64,000 nt of DNA from Macrostomum lignano (lineage: Eukaryota). Location of the stretch: assembly GCA_002269645.1 (NCBI GenBank), contig NIVC01000003.1, positions 248,001 through 312,000 of the forward strand, read 5' to 3'. Made by a program: the position numbers and the translations under genes. Each line of letters opens with the position of its first letter. The stretch's first letter is position 1. Below, one piece after another: positions 48,968 to 59,800 of this stretch. Under the pieces are notes generated by a model. That model worked only from the letters and a program-made list of their open reading frames with translations, searched no databases and was not told the DNA's origin.

Positions 48968-51900
48968 ATGACGCATATTACTTCTCTTAGTGCAATAAAG
49001 AACATTGTAAAACTATGGATTGAGGAGGATAATATTATAAGCAACTCTGATGGAGTTTTTGTTCAATTTGATTCTAATGCAAGCAGACTAAATTTTCACA
49101 ACACTGGAGAAAATGGTCAGACTTGTGAAGATGATACTGAAGTTAATAGTTTTAATGAACACCCTGTATTATGTGCAGTCATTTTTGAAACAAAAGGTAT
49201 GTATATTGCATAGAACCTATAAAAAATTATTGGCATATGTCTATTTAGATTAGATGAAATAGAAACTATTGCCTAGCCTGGGCATTTGATTTAATGAATA
49301 AAAATTTTATACTAATAATGAATATTAGTGCTTAGCTGCTTAAGCCCTATAATTATTAGAAGGCTTTTTTAAGGTCTATAAAAATAAGTGATGTCTAATG
49401 ACAAAGTCTTTATAGGATCTTATTAACTACTGTCTAGGGACTCTAGTTTTTTTCCTTAGTTAATTGGTTTTTCCATTTGGAATAATTGTATTAATCCTAA
49501 AATGTTATTCTTTTTAGCTTGTATTCTTTAATGCCAACCCTTGATTTAACCTAATGGCATTCTTTTGGTTTACAATCACCTTCTATTTTGCCACTTTTGG
49601 TTTATGGTCACCTTATATTTTGATCAATTGCAGCATAAAAATGGCATGTTCAAAACTAAAAACTGAAAAAATATGCAAAGTTGAAAGTGCAGTTTGTTAG
49701 ATGATGCTTATATATTAGCTTTGGTATACAATCATTTAAATATATAATACAAATAGAAATGATTAGGGCCTATGAACTGAAGCTAGGTTAAAATTAATAT
49801 TGTAGGCCTATATAATGGATATACACTTATAGTAAAGGTATATTGCCAGCTTCAGTTTGTAATCATTTCAGTAGAGTGCATATATAGAAATGATTGTAAA
49901 CTGAATGTAAAGGGGTACAAAGATGAGAGGGGATTTCAATGCCCTTGATCTAGAATGAGCAGCAGTTTTCTGCACGTGACTATATTTTTGTATTTGATAT
50001 GCTTTTCTATAGCTAGCTGTGGTTCACAATCATTTCAATAGGCAATATATGTTTAGGTGATTGTAAACTGAAAGTGATATATATATAGGCTGCAAGCTCA
50101 AACTTGCAACTTGACAATTGAAATTATTTGACAGGCTTTACTATAGCCAGCTTTGGTTTGCAATCATTTTAGTAGGCAATATACATGTTGGTGATTGTAA
50201 ACTGAAGGTAAAATATAAGCTATAATAATCTTATCATCTTTTGAAATAAACAGTCAGTTTGCTAGCTTTTTATTTTGTTTCATGTCAATTACAACTGTTT
50301 TTAGTGCTGATTGTCATTGTTTGAGCTGATGATCACTATTTAAGGTAATTGTTAACCAAAAGAATGCCAACTATATTTTTATCTATTTTATATAAAAATA
50401 TAATTTCTATTTAAAAACTTGACTTTAAAAAATTGAGAACTTGAAGTAGGGCATTGATAATATTGTATATATGTTCTATAATTACTTGTTTTTGCATATT
50501 ATGTTTCTTAGAAAATCATATTTCAAAACCGCACTAAAAATAATTTTCTTTGTTTAACTTTTATGACATCCAAAAATATTCTTGCAAAACATTCTTTGTT
50601 ATTGTTATAAACAGTTTATAATTTAGGTATAAATAGACGCTCAGTGCAAGCCAAGAGAGACAACTTGCTGCCAACTATAAAGTAAGCAAGTTGCAAGATA
50701 ATACAATTTGTTCTAAGTATTAAAATTGCTAGTTGCAGTGTTTGAAAGACTTAGTCATTTCCTTTAGAGTATCAGAAATCTGCTAAAAGGTGAGAGTTGC
50801 CTCAGGGCAAGGAAATCGCCCTGAAATTTGCTTCCTTAGCTCTTGTATGCCAATAGACTAACATTGTATACAAAAAATGCCAAGACAACCATAAAATACA
50901 CGCTATAGTTTAGACTTGCAATTCTTTTATTTTTACTAAAAAGTTAAATAAAAATTTGTCTTACATTTTACTGAACTATAAGAAACTATTTTTTTACTTT
51001 TTTGTTTTACTTTTTAATTTCTTAGTAAGTTAAACATAATTTTCAATCTAGTTTTTTTAATTTTTGGGAACTTTTTTTATCAAAAATTAGATATTCCATC
51101 TATGCATGTGGAGATTATGCCAAATTTTAATTTTGTCATTTTTTGTACACCAACAATGTAAACTCATTGTAAGTTTAAAGCTCATTTAAAATAAAAAAAT
51201 CACAAAAAATTAGTTGTAGGCCTAATATTTACCATAAATATATGAATTCTGGCGGTTTCCCCCCAACTGTTTTGGCCATGGAGATTTTGCCCTAGAATAC
51301 TTTTCCCCTTGTGTCTGCTTTGCTTACAAGTTACAAACCAGTTCAGATAGGCATTTGGGTCACAATAGTGATTATTTTTTAATATATAAATAATATATTA
51401 TACTCAAATATTGGTATATTTAGCTTCTCAAAGGTAATTTTTATCAAATTTAGCTGAAAAATATACTTAATAATAATATAAACTCTGCAATACAAGTTAT
51501 TACAATTTGTAATACTGTAAATATAATGTTCAAAAATTTAGTATTGTTCATGTTGGTGTTTTTCTAAAAACACAAAAGTACATCCATATTCCTACAGTTG
51601 TTTATTTTTCTGTATGAGTGTAAGTAAAGCAATTCTCAATGATATAGAGATGTAGTCAATATATGTAAATGTAGATTGCACAGAATAAAATCTGTTAACT
51701 TTCTACAAGCTAACAAATAATGCGTATTGAGATTTCATGGACCTATACTAGTTCGTGACTGAATTGACTTGGTTTTAGTTGTAAGTTTCAAGTTTAAAAA
51801 TAATTTAACTAATAGAGCTATCAATTTTCAAAGCTGTATTTTTCGTTAAACTTAAAGAATCTCTTCTGACACTAATTTGAAGCTTAGCCTTTTGTGTACT

Positions 51901-53164
51901 AAGTCTCTTTTAGTGACTGCTTTGTGATACTTTATGAAGTATTATATAGAAATGTTACTGGCAAAATTTTGACCAAGCTAAAGCACTTAATCTTGCATGC
52001 TATAAAAAACTTCAATTTCAAGATATGATTACCTACGAGACCTCGTATCTTAATCTATCTACCAGCCTTCGCATTACTTGTTGATAGAAATCACTCGGAT
52101 GCTGAATATTTTGGTTAACCAACTCTGCTCGCTCAGGTGTACTCGCTGGCGTCCCATTTGCCGATGCGTTGCTCACCCGTCTGCGCTGCGAAGCCAGCTG
52201 GTCAGTGGCTGAAGGCGCCTACATCTCCTCCGTGCCGCAGCGGGTGGCCACCATCAGCGGCAGCCCAGCCTGCCTGGCCAGGGCCCGCCGGCTGCTGCCA
52301 GCTGTGCTGTCCAGGGCGTCCGGGTTAGCCACCTATGCCAACAGGTGAGACTTCGATGGTCTAGTCAAACTGATCTCCAGAATCCCCCAAACTGAACTCC
52401 AGAAACAGTGTGTTAGTGTTGCCCAATGCTGTCAATTAATGCCATAATCTGCAATATTTTTCCAGGCCAGCGTTGGCGCGTTGATTCTTGCAATCATGCC
52501 ACCATGTTTTTGTGTACTTATTATTGCATAATACTACTGGCAGTAGGCCAGCCAGCAACGAGAAATACGAGTTAGCTGCATGTTTGCCCTTCCCATATCT
52601 CTGCCAGGTTAGTTGAAAAGGCCGCCCTGTGCGACTGGCCCGGCTCCGTCTGCGCCGATTCCGACAGCCGCTGCACGCCCGGCCAGCGCCTGCTGGAGCG
52701 ACACGGCCTCCTTGTTGGCGGGGTCCGACCGTCTGCCTCTTCAACCGCGTCAACTGGCGGCGCTGTCGTGATTGTCGATACAACCGCAGCCGGCGGGGGC
52801 GGCGGCAGCGGCGTTGCGTCCGCACTGGCCGGCGCCAGGCGCTGCGCTGCTCCGTTTGGCCGGGTGGCCGCAGTCTGCGCCGATGAGGCCGAAGCTTTGC
52901 GCGCCTGCCGTCTCGGCGCCGATCTGGTGATGCTGGAGTGCACCAGCGCCGAGGTGAGGCATTGAGGCGCTTGGAGACTGTGTGCTTGTCAGAGATTCTG
53001 TACAGTGTCCTGTGTACGTGAGCCCGTGTACAGTGTCCTGTGTTTGTGTGTCAGCCCCTGTACAGTGTCCTGTGTTTGTGTGTCAGCCCCTGTACAGTGT
53101 CCTGTGTTTGTGTGTCAGCCCCTGAACAGTGTCCTGTGTGTGTGTGTGTATCAGCCCCTGTACA

Positions 53165-53231
<67 letters not shown>

Positions 53232-55440
53232 AGCCCCTGTACAGTGTCCTGTGTGTGTGTGTGTCAGCCCCTGTACAGTGTCCTGTGTGTGTCAGCCCCT
53301 GTACAGTGTCCTGTGTGTCAGCCCCTGTACAGTGTCCTGTGTGTCAGCCCCTGTACAGTGTCCTGTGTGAGTCAGAGCCCCCTGTACAGTGTCCTGTGTG
53401 AGTCAGAGCCCCCTGTACAGTGTCCTGTGTGAGTCAGAGCCCCCTGTACAGTGTCCTGTGTGAGTCAGAGCCCCCTGTACAGTGTCCTGTGTGAGTCAGA
53501 GCCCCCTGTACAGTGTCCTGTGTGAGTCAGAGCCCCTTGTACAGTGTCCTGTGTGAGTCAGAGCCCCCTGTACAGTGTCCTGTGTGAGTCAGAGCCCCCT
53601 GTACAGTGTCCTGTGTGAGTCAGAGCCCCCTGTACAGTGTCCTGTGTGAGTCAGAGCCCCCTGTACAGTGTCCTGTGTGAGTCAGAGCCCCCTGTACAGT
53701 GTCCTGTGTGAGTCAGAGCCCCCTGTACAGTGTCCTGTGTGAGTCAGAGCCCCCTGTACAGTGTCCTGTGTGAGTCAGAGCCCCCTGTACAGTGTCCTGT
53801 GTGAGTCAGAGCCCCCTGTACAGTGTCCTGTGTGAGTCAGAGCCCCCTGTACAGTGTCCTGTGTGAGTCAGAGCCCCCTATACTCCAACGTTCAGCGCCT
53901 CACCCATCATTCAGGTCTGCACCGCCGCCGCACGCGCTGTCAAGGCCGCCCACCCCGGCACGCTGGTCCAGGCCCGGCAGCTCGCCGCCTCTGACCTGGC
54001 CGCCTACTTTACTGCCGACATTGACGTCGTCTGTGTCGACGCCTCGCCGGCGCAGCTGCGGTCCGACTGGCCGGAGGTGGCGCTTCGACCCATCGCCGCT
54101 GGCACGGCCGCTTTCTCCGATGCCGCCGCCACAGCCGCCGTGGCCGCCGCCGCTGTAGCCGCGGCCGCGGCCATGCCGGCCAGAAAACGCAGGCGCTGCG
54201 CCTCGCAGGACTCGAACCCGCCGCGGCCGCCTACGGCACCCGTGCTCGGCTCCACTGCCGCCGCCACCGCCGCTGCCGCAGCCGCCGCGGTTGCCAAGCA
54301 GCCGCGCCTCGATCTGGCGACCTCGGCCACCGGCAGCGCAGGCGTCGGCGGCGGCTCCAGCAATCCGACCACCCCGACGCCGCAGATGGTCAACAGCTGT
54401 CGGGAGCTCGTCCCGGTTTTCAACACCGACCGCAGGAACTCGCAGCAGTCCGAACAGTCCGAGCAGCCGCAACAGCGGCGCCAGCGACGCGAGTCTCCGC
54501 CTCAACCGCCGCTGTCTGCCGCTGCTTCCGCCGCTGCGTCTGCTGCCGTCTCCGCCGCTGTAGCCGCCTCAGCCGCTAGGGCGGCCGCTGCCGTCGCTGG
54601 CGGCGCCGCACGACCAGCCGCTGTCCTATCCGTCCCCTACGGCTTCCTTCGCGTCCCGGTCTCGGGCGTCGCCGGCACGCCCATCCGGATGGTAGCGCCG
54701 CAGAGTCGGGCGGCGGCCGCAGCGGCTGCTGCTGCGGCTGCTGCTGCTGCTGCCTACCGGAACGCGCAGCATCGGCAGCCGATGACGCCAGCCGCCGCGA
54801 TGGCGATGCGATTCGGTTCTGTTGGCTACGGCACATCGGTTTCCGCTGCCCAGCTGCTGATGGGGCCCTGGCTGTGCAAGTGAGTCAGCTGTATTCGTGT
54901 TTGCCCTGTCTCAGATCCCCGTCCCATCTTCAGCTCCTGTCTCAGATCCCCATCCCATCTCCAGCTCCTGTCTCAGATCCCCGTCTTATCTCCAGCTCCT
55001 GTCTCAGATCCCCGTCCCATCTCCAGCTCCTGTCTCAGATCCCCGTCCCATCTTCAGCTCCTGTCTCAGATCCCCGTCCCATCTCCAGCTCCTGTCTCAG
55101 ATCCCCATCCCATCTCCAGCTCCTGTCTCAGATCCCCGTCCCATCTCCAGCTCCTGTCTCAGATCCCCATCCCATCTCCAGCTCCTGTCTCAGATCCCCA
55201 TCCCATCTCCAGCTCCTGTCTCAGATCCCCGTCCCAGCTGCAGCCTTTCTCAGATCCCCGTCCCAGCTGCAGCCTTTCTCAGATCCCGGTCCCATCTCTC
55301 CAGCTTGTCTCAGATCCCAAAAAGCTCACATTACAGCCTCTCCATCATCTTCACCCCGTCGCCCCCACAGAGTGTGCCGCGGTGCCAACATGTACACTAC
55401 AGTGTGCCGGCACTGCAGCCGCAACCGGGGTCTGTACTAG
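48968..55440 (+). CDS. Quinolinate phosphoribosyltransferase (QPRT/NadC)-like protein, probably catalytically dead, with Ala-rich region, NLS and C-terminal RanBP2-type zinc finger (~605 aa)
   Basis: Exons 48968-49196, 52137-52344, 52608-52953, 53915-54879, 55371-55440, phase-consistent. KLWIEED, GVLAGVPFADALL, WSVAEG, SRASG, TPGQRLLERHGLLVGG, GADLVML, VKAAHP, DIDVVC follow the QPRT order; AATAAA at 55489. Confidence 0.82.
49555..50369 (+). repeat. Array of four homologous hairpins enclosed by 28-bp inverted repeats (MITE-like or miRNA-cluster-like)
   Basis: Outer IR 49555-49582 / 50342-50369; hairpins at ~49717-49784, 49851-49905, 50018-50072 and 50151-50207. Confidence 0.7.
52995..53878. 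repeat. Compound intron repeat: CAGCCCCTGTACAGTGTCCTGT variants, (GT)n and a 31-bp minisatellite
   Basis: GTGAGTCAGAGCCCCCTGTACAGTGTCCTGT, about 16 copies from ~53367. Confidence 0.95.
54905..55320. repeat. 31-bp minisatellite in the last QPRT-like intron
   Basis: CTCAGATCCCCGTCCCATCTCCAGCTCCTGT period. Confidence 0.93.
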
Positions 55441-55814
55441 CAATGGACCCCGCGTGACCAGCAAGGGCTGGTGTAAGTTTCTTCAAGCAATAAAATCAGA
55501 TATGAAGGTCACCGCTGTAAGATGTTTTGAGACTGGAGATTTTAAAAACTGCATTTTTTATAAGTCGCTAGGCTCTGTTTGACTATAAATTTTCCTTTCT
55601 CACATTGCAAACCCTACTGCAAGTAGTATTATTATTAATACTGCAAGCAAATAGTTTTCTGTTCTAGTTATACCGAAGTTAATTGTTCTTAACTGATTAT
55701 TTAATTTAATCTCCACTTCTCTGCAAATGACATTGTATTGTATACCTGCTATGCTAAATGACTCGATTTTAAAAGTTTTGAGTGGGCCATGTTCATGGGA
55801 ACTATATGCTTCTT

Positions 55815-56040
55815 GCTCCCTGATCCTTCAGCGGCTGCTGCTACCCCTCCCTGATCCTTCAGCGGCTGCTGCTACCCCCTCCCTGATCCTTCAGCGGCTG
55901 CTGCTACCCCCTCCCTGATCCTTCAGCGGCTGCTGCTACCCCCTCCCTGATACTTCAGCGGCTGCTGCTAACCCCTCCATGATCCTTCAGCGGCTGCTGC
56001 TACCCCCTCCCTGATCCTTCAGCGGCTGCTGCTACCCCTA
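55815..56040. repeat. 32-bp minisatellite, about 7 copies
   Basis: CTCCCTGATCCTTCAGCGGCTGCTGCTACCCC. Confidence 0.92.
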
Positions 56041-56876
56041 CCAGTGCTAAGCCGTGTTTAAAGTTGAACAAATTGGTTCCTGAATAGAAACCCCATCCAC
56101 AGTTTCATCGCTCCAGTTGAAATAGTCAAGCGCGAGTTTTTTTCGTTTAATTTTTTAGTCTAAGTCAGTCGCACCCATGCAATTCGAAGGCACCATTCTA
56201 CTGTGCACTTTGCTCTCACCGTTCAATCTGTGTAAACAATCATGCACGCGTCTCACTACTGGCAGTAGTGCCAGGCGTGCAACAAGCGAACCGCATTCCA
56301 ATTTTAATTACTTATGCCCCAATCTGCACCCCCCTTGCGCTGGCCTAGCAACGCATCTGCAGCCACCTGAGCCGTCATTAGAAGTTTTTTGCAATCGCTT
56401 TTTAGTATCAGTATGCATCCATATCCATGTGCAATGCCTGTCACTAATTATTGTAGCATAGAAAGCTTTGAGTTTGTGAAAAATGTCCTGATTTTATCGT
56501 GCGAAATAACAAATTCGGTGCAAACAAGCATGCCATATTTATATCACTGCGTGTTTGTCTTCTGGTAAAATATATATTTGTACTTTTAGCTCGTCGCGAA
56601 ACCTCTTCACTTTTTTTACTTGTCACTTTTTGTTAGAAAATATACAGCCGATGTGTTTGTTGGCTCTTTGTTCACGGAAATACTCTTTGTTGTGTACTTA
56701 TTTCTATTTTTTCGATAAAAGTCATCATAGGGTCCGTTTATAATTCATGTCGTTAGCCTTCACGTAGTGATTCCCAGTGCCCTATAGTTCGTGATGCGCT
56801 GGTGCAGTTACTGGTGTCTGAGTGTACCAGGTACTTTATCAGGTTTCTGTGCCCGGTGCCATCTCGGGTATCTAAT

Positions 56877-59800
56877 TCAGTCAACGTTGAGCTTGGTGAA
56901 GGTGCCCTGGATACCAGTGGTCGCGTCCGCTGCGCTGTCCTCGGTGCGCAAGTAGTCCTTGGTCGTTGGCAGCCGCTTGGATTCGTCAACCTCCATCTCC
57001 TGCCGCTGAAGGCGCCACTCCCTGTGCATCCGCTCGCTGCCGAAGTTGTTTCTTGTCCATTCCATCAGCTCCTGCAGGGTGCCGTTGCTGCCGCCGAGCT
57101 CCTTGGGTAGCAGACGGTCGGCGTCCTGCTCCCCGATGACTTTCCTGAGCCGGGCGTAGTCCTTGCCGACTTTGTGCAGCTTCTTCTTGAACTTCTCCTT
57201 GAGAAACGGCGCGTTTTTTATCAGGGTGAAGATCACGTCAAAGAACGCCGGCTCGTTCACAAAAATGACAGCTTTAGTGCGATTGGGACTGGCGTCCTGC
57301 CAGTTGCGCATCAGAGAGAAGAAGTTCTTGCGGTTCTCGAAGAAGCTCAGTTGATTTCGATTGGACCGGCTCATGTCAATCAGGACCTTGATGCCGTTGA
57401 TCTGGCTGTACTGGTCCAGCTGCACCGCGTCCACTGACATGTACATGCAGCGGATCAGCTGATCGAACGTCATCTTCTGCTGGTCCCAGTAGCCCATGTT
57501 GGACACGTAGACGCCCTCGCCTTCGCTTGTGTGTCCGAGAAACACGTGGAAAGGATGGCTGAGGTACTCCTGCCGAAGGAAGTGGCGTAGGACTTCTGAG
57601 CCTCTGTTTGCCAGAAAGTTGGCTAAATAGTAATCAGCCTCACCTTAACCTCTGGACTGTCCACAGAAGGGTAGTCAAACCATGACGGCGTGCCCTTGGG
57701 CGACTTGCGGATGGTCAGGTAGTTGTCCAGCAGCATCTGAGCGCGGCTCTGGTCGAACTTGGCCACGCGAAGGAAGCGCAGCAGGAATCGGTCGTCTGCG
57801 GAGCGAAGTGATTCGATGCGGCTTAATCCTCATGTGTGTTGGGCAAGACACAAATTCGCGTAAATTCGAGCAAAGTAAAAAAATCCCATTTTCGGAGCCC
57901 AATAATGACGAAATATTTCGCAAGTTTTCGCACTTCTGGTGGCAATAGTGCTGTTTACTATCTGTAGAATTGACTTTAGACTTTGGTCTTCCGTCTGTTT
58001 TCCTGTCTAGGGCAGGCAATGCTGTTCACATTGCAGTGTCTGGGGTTACCTTTGACCCCGGCGCTTATCTGCTGCTGCAGCCAAGAAAGTGACTATTTGA
58101 GTCTGGGTTGAGGCATATCTCTGAGTCTGTTTACTTTAGTGCTCAAGGCATAATTGAATTTCTCCAGATTATGTAAGTCTCTAAATTTAGTTCTTATATC
58201 TGTTTTCAACCCAGTGTAAAAAGCTTGTTGCTATACGCGACGCCATCCTAAACTGCTGTTTATTTTTCAGCAAATTTCAAATTCGCTCCAATCGCCATGG
58301 TAGCCGATTTTGTTCAACGGGTCACCGCCTATCCGGCCGTGGCCTCCGCCTGGCAGCGGGCCGCCAGCTGCTACGACTGGGCCCTGTCCGCCAGCCCCAG
58401 CGTCCGCTCCGCCGCCGGCTTCACCGAGGGCGGCCTGCGCCGTGCCGCTGCCACCGCGGCGCCGCTGCTGGCGCGCATCGAGCCCGCTGTGGCGCGCCTG
58501 GACCGCCTGGCCTGCGCCCAGCTGCTGGACCGGCTGGAGGCCCGCTGTCCGGCCGTGAAGGAGGCCACTGCCCAGGAGCTGGTCGCCTCGGCGCGCGACG
58601 CTGTCCAGCCGACGCTGATGGCACCGGTGAATAGCGCCGTTGCCAAGGTGACGGGGTGGGGCAGTGGCCGTGCTGTGATGCGGAAAGTTGGCACGTCGCA
58701 GAAGAGAAACCTGCGCTCAATAAGGCCATCGAACTGCACCGAATAGGGCCACCAGGGTTGCTTAGGATGGGGCGCAGAATAGCTCTGTGTGACTCTCGTG
58801 CTGAAGTCCCGGGTTCGATAACGGAAATTGTCCTTGGGGGCTTGCCGTGCTATTCACACCATTGAGGTCCAGCCTCTAAACTGCAGAGTTTGTACATGCC
58901 CGGCGATGAGAACATTTCTGGACTGCAGTACACCCTGTGTGAGCGGGTCGGGCATGACTGCTTGTCTGCTACGTTAGGGTTAGGGGATTCAACAAGAACA
59001 CTGATTCGGGCTAATGCCGCATGAATGCCTGAACTCGTCTTCGCCATATCCGCAAATCCGCAGGCGCAGTCGGCCAAAGCCTACGGCCTGGCCAAGTGCA
59101 GGCGGCTGTCGGAGGACAGCGGCGAGCTGGTGGTGGCCTGGGTTGACCGCTGCGTGGACCACTACCTGCCCGAGGACGGCGAGGCCGGGAAGGAGCGGCG
59201 TCAACAGCAGCAGCAGCAGTCGGAGGCTACTGAAGGCATTCGCCAGAAACTCCGTCGCCGACTGTTGAGCCGCGTCGCCGACTTTGCTGTCCGACTCTCC
59301 GCCGACGATGGCGATGACGAGAATCAGCAACGCGCGGCTGAAGCGGACGGAGTCGCCGCCGTCCAGCTGGCCGCCTTCGCTGCAGCCGCCGCCGCCAAGC
59401 GCCGGGCTCGAGCCGCCTCGTTGGCCGGTGCCGAGTTCGCGGCTGCCCGACTGCCCGACCTGGAGACTCTGCCTGGCGCTGGCCGCGTGGTGGCCTGGCT
59501 GGTGAGCTGGGATGAGCCTGCGACTTGAATTCCCCTCTGGTGTCTTAGATTCCCCTCTGGTGTCTTGGATTCCCATCTGATATCTTGGATTCCCCTCTGG
59601 CGTCTTGGATTCCCCTCTGGTATCTTGGATTCCCCTCTGGTGTCTTAGATTCCCCTCTGGTATCTTGGATTCCCCTCTGGTGTCTTGGATTCCCATCTGA
59701 TATCTTGGATTCCCCTCTGGTGTCTTGGATTCCCCTCTGGTATCTTGGATTCCCCTCTGGTGTCTTGGATTCCCCTCTGATATCTTGGATTCCCCTCTGG

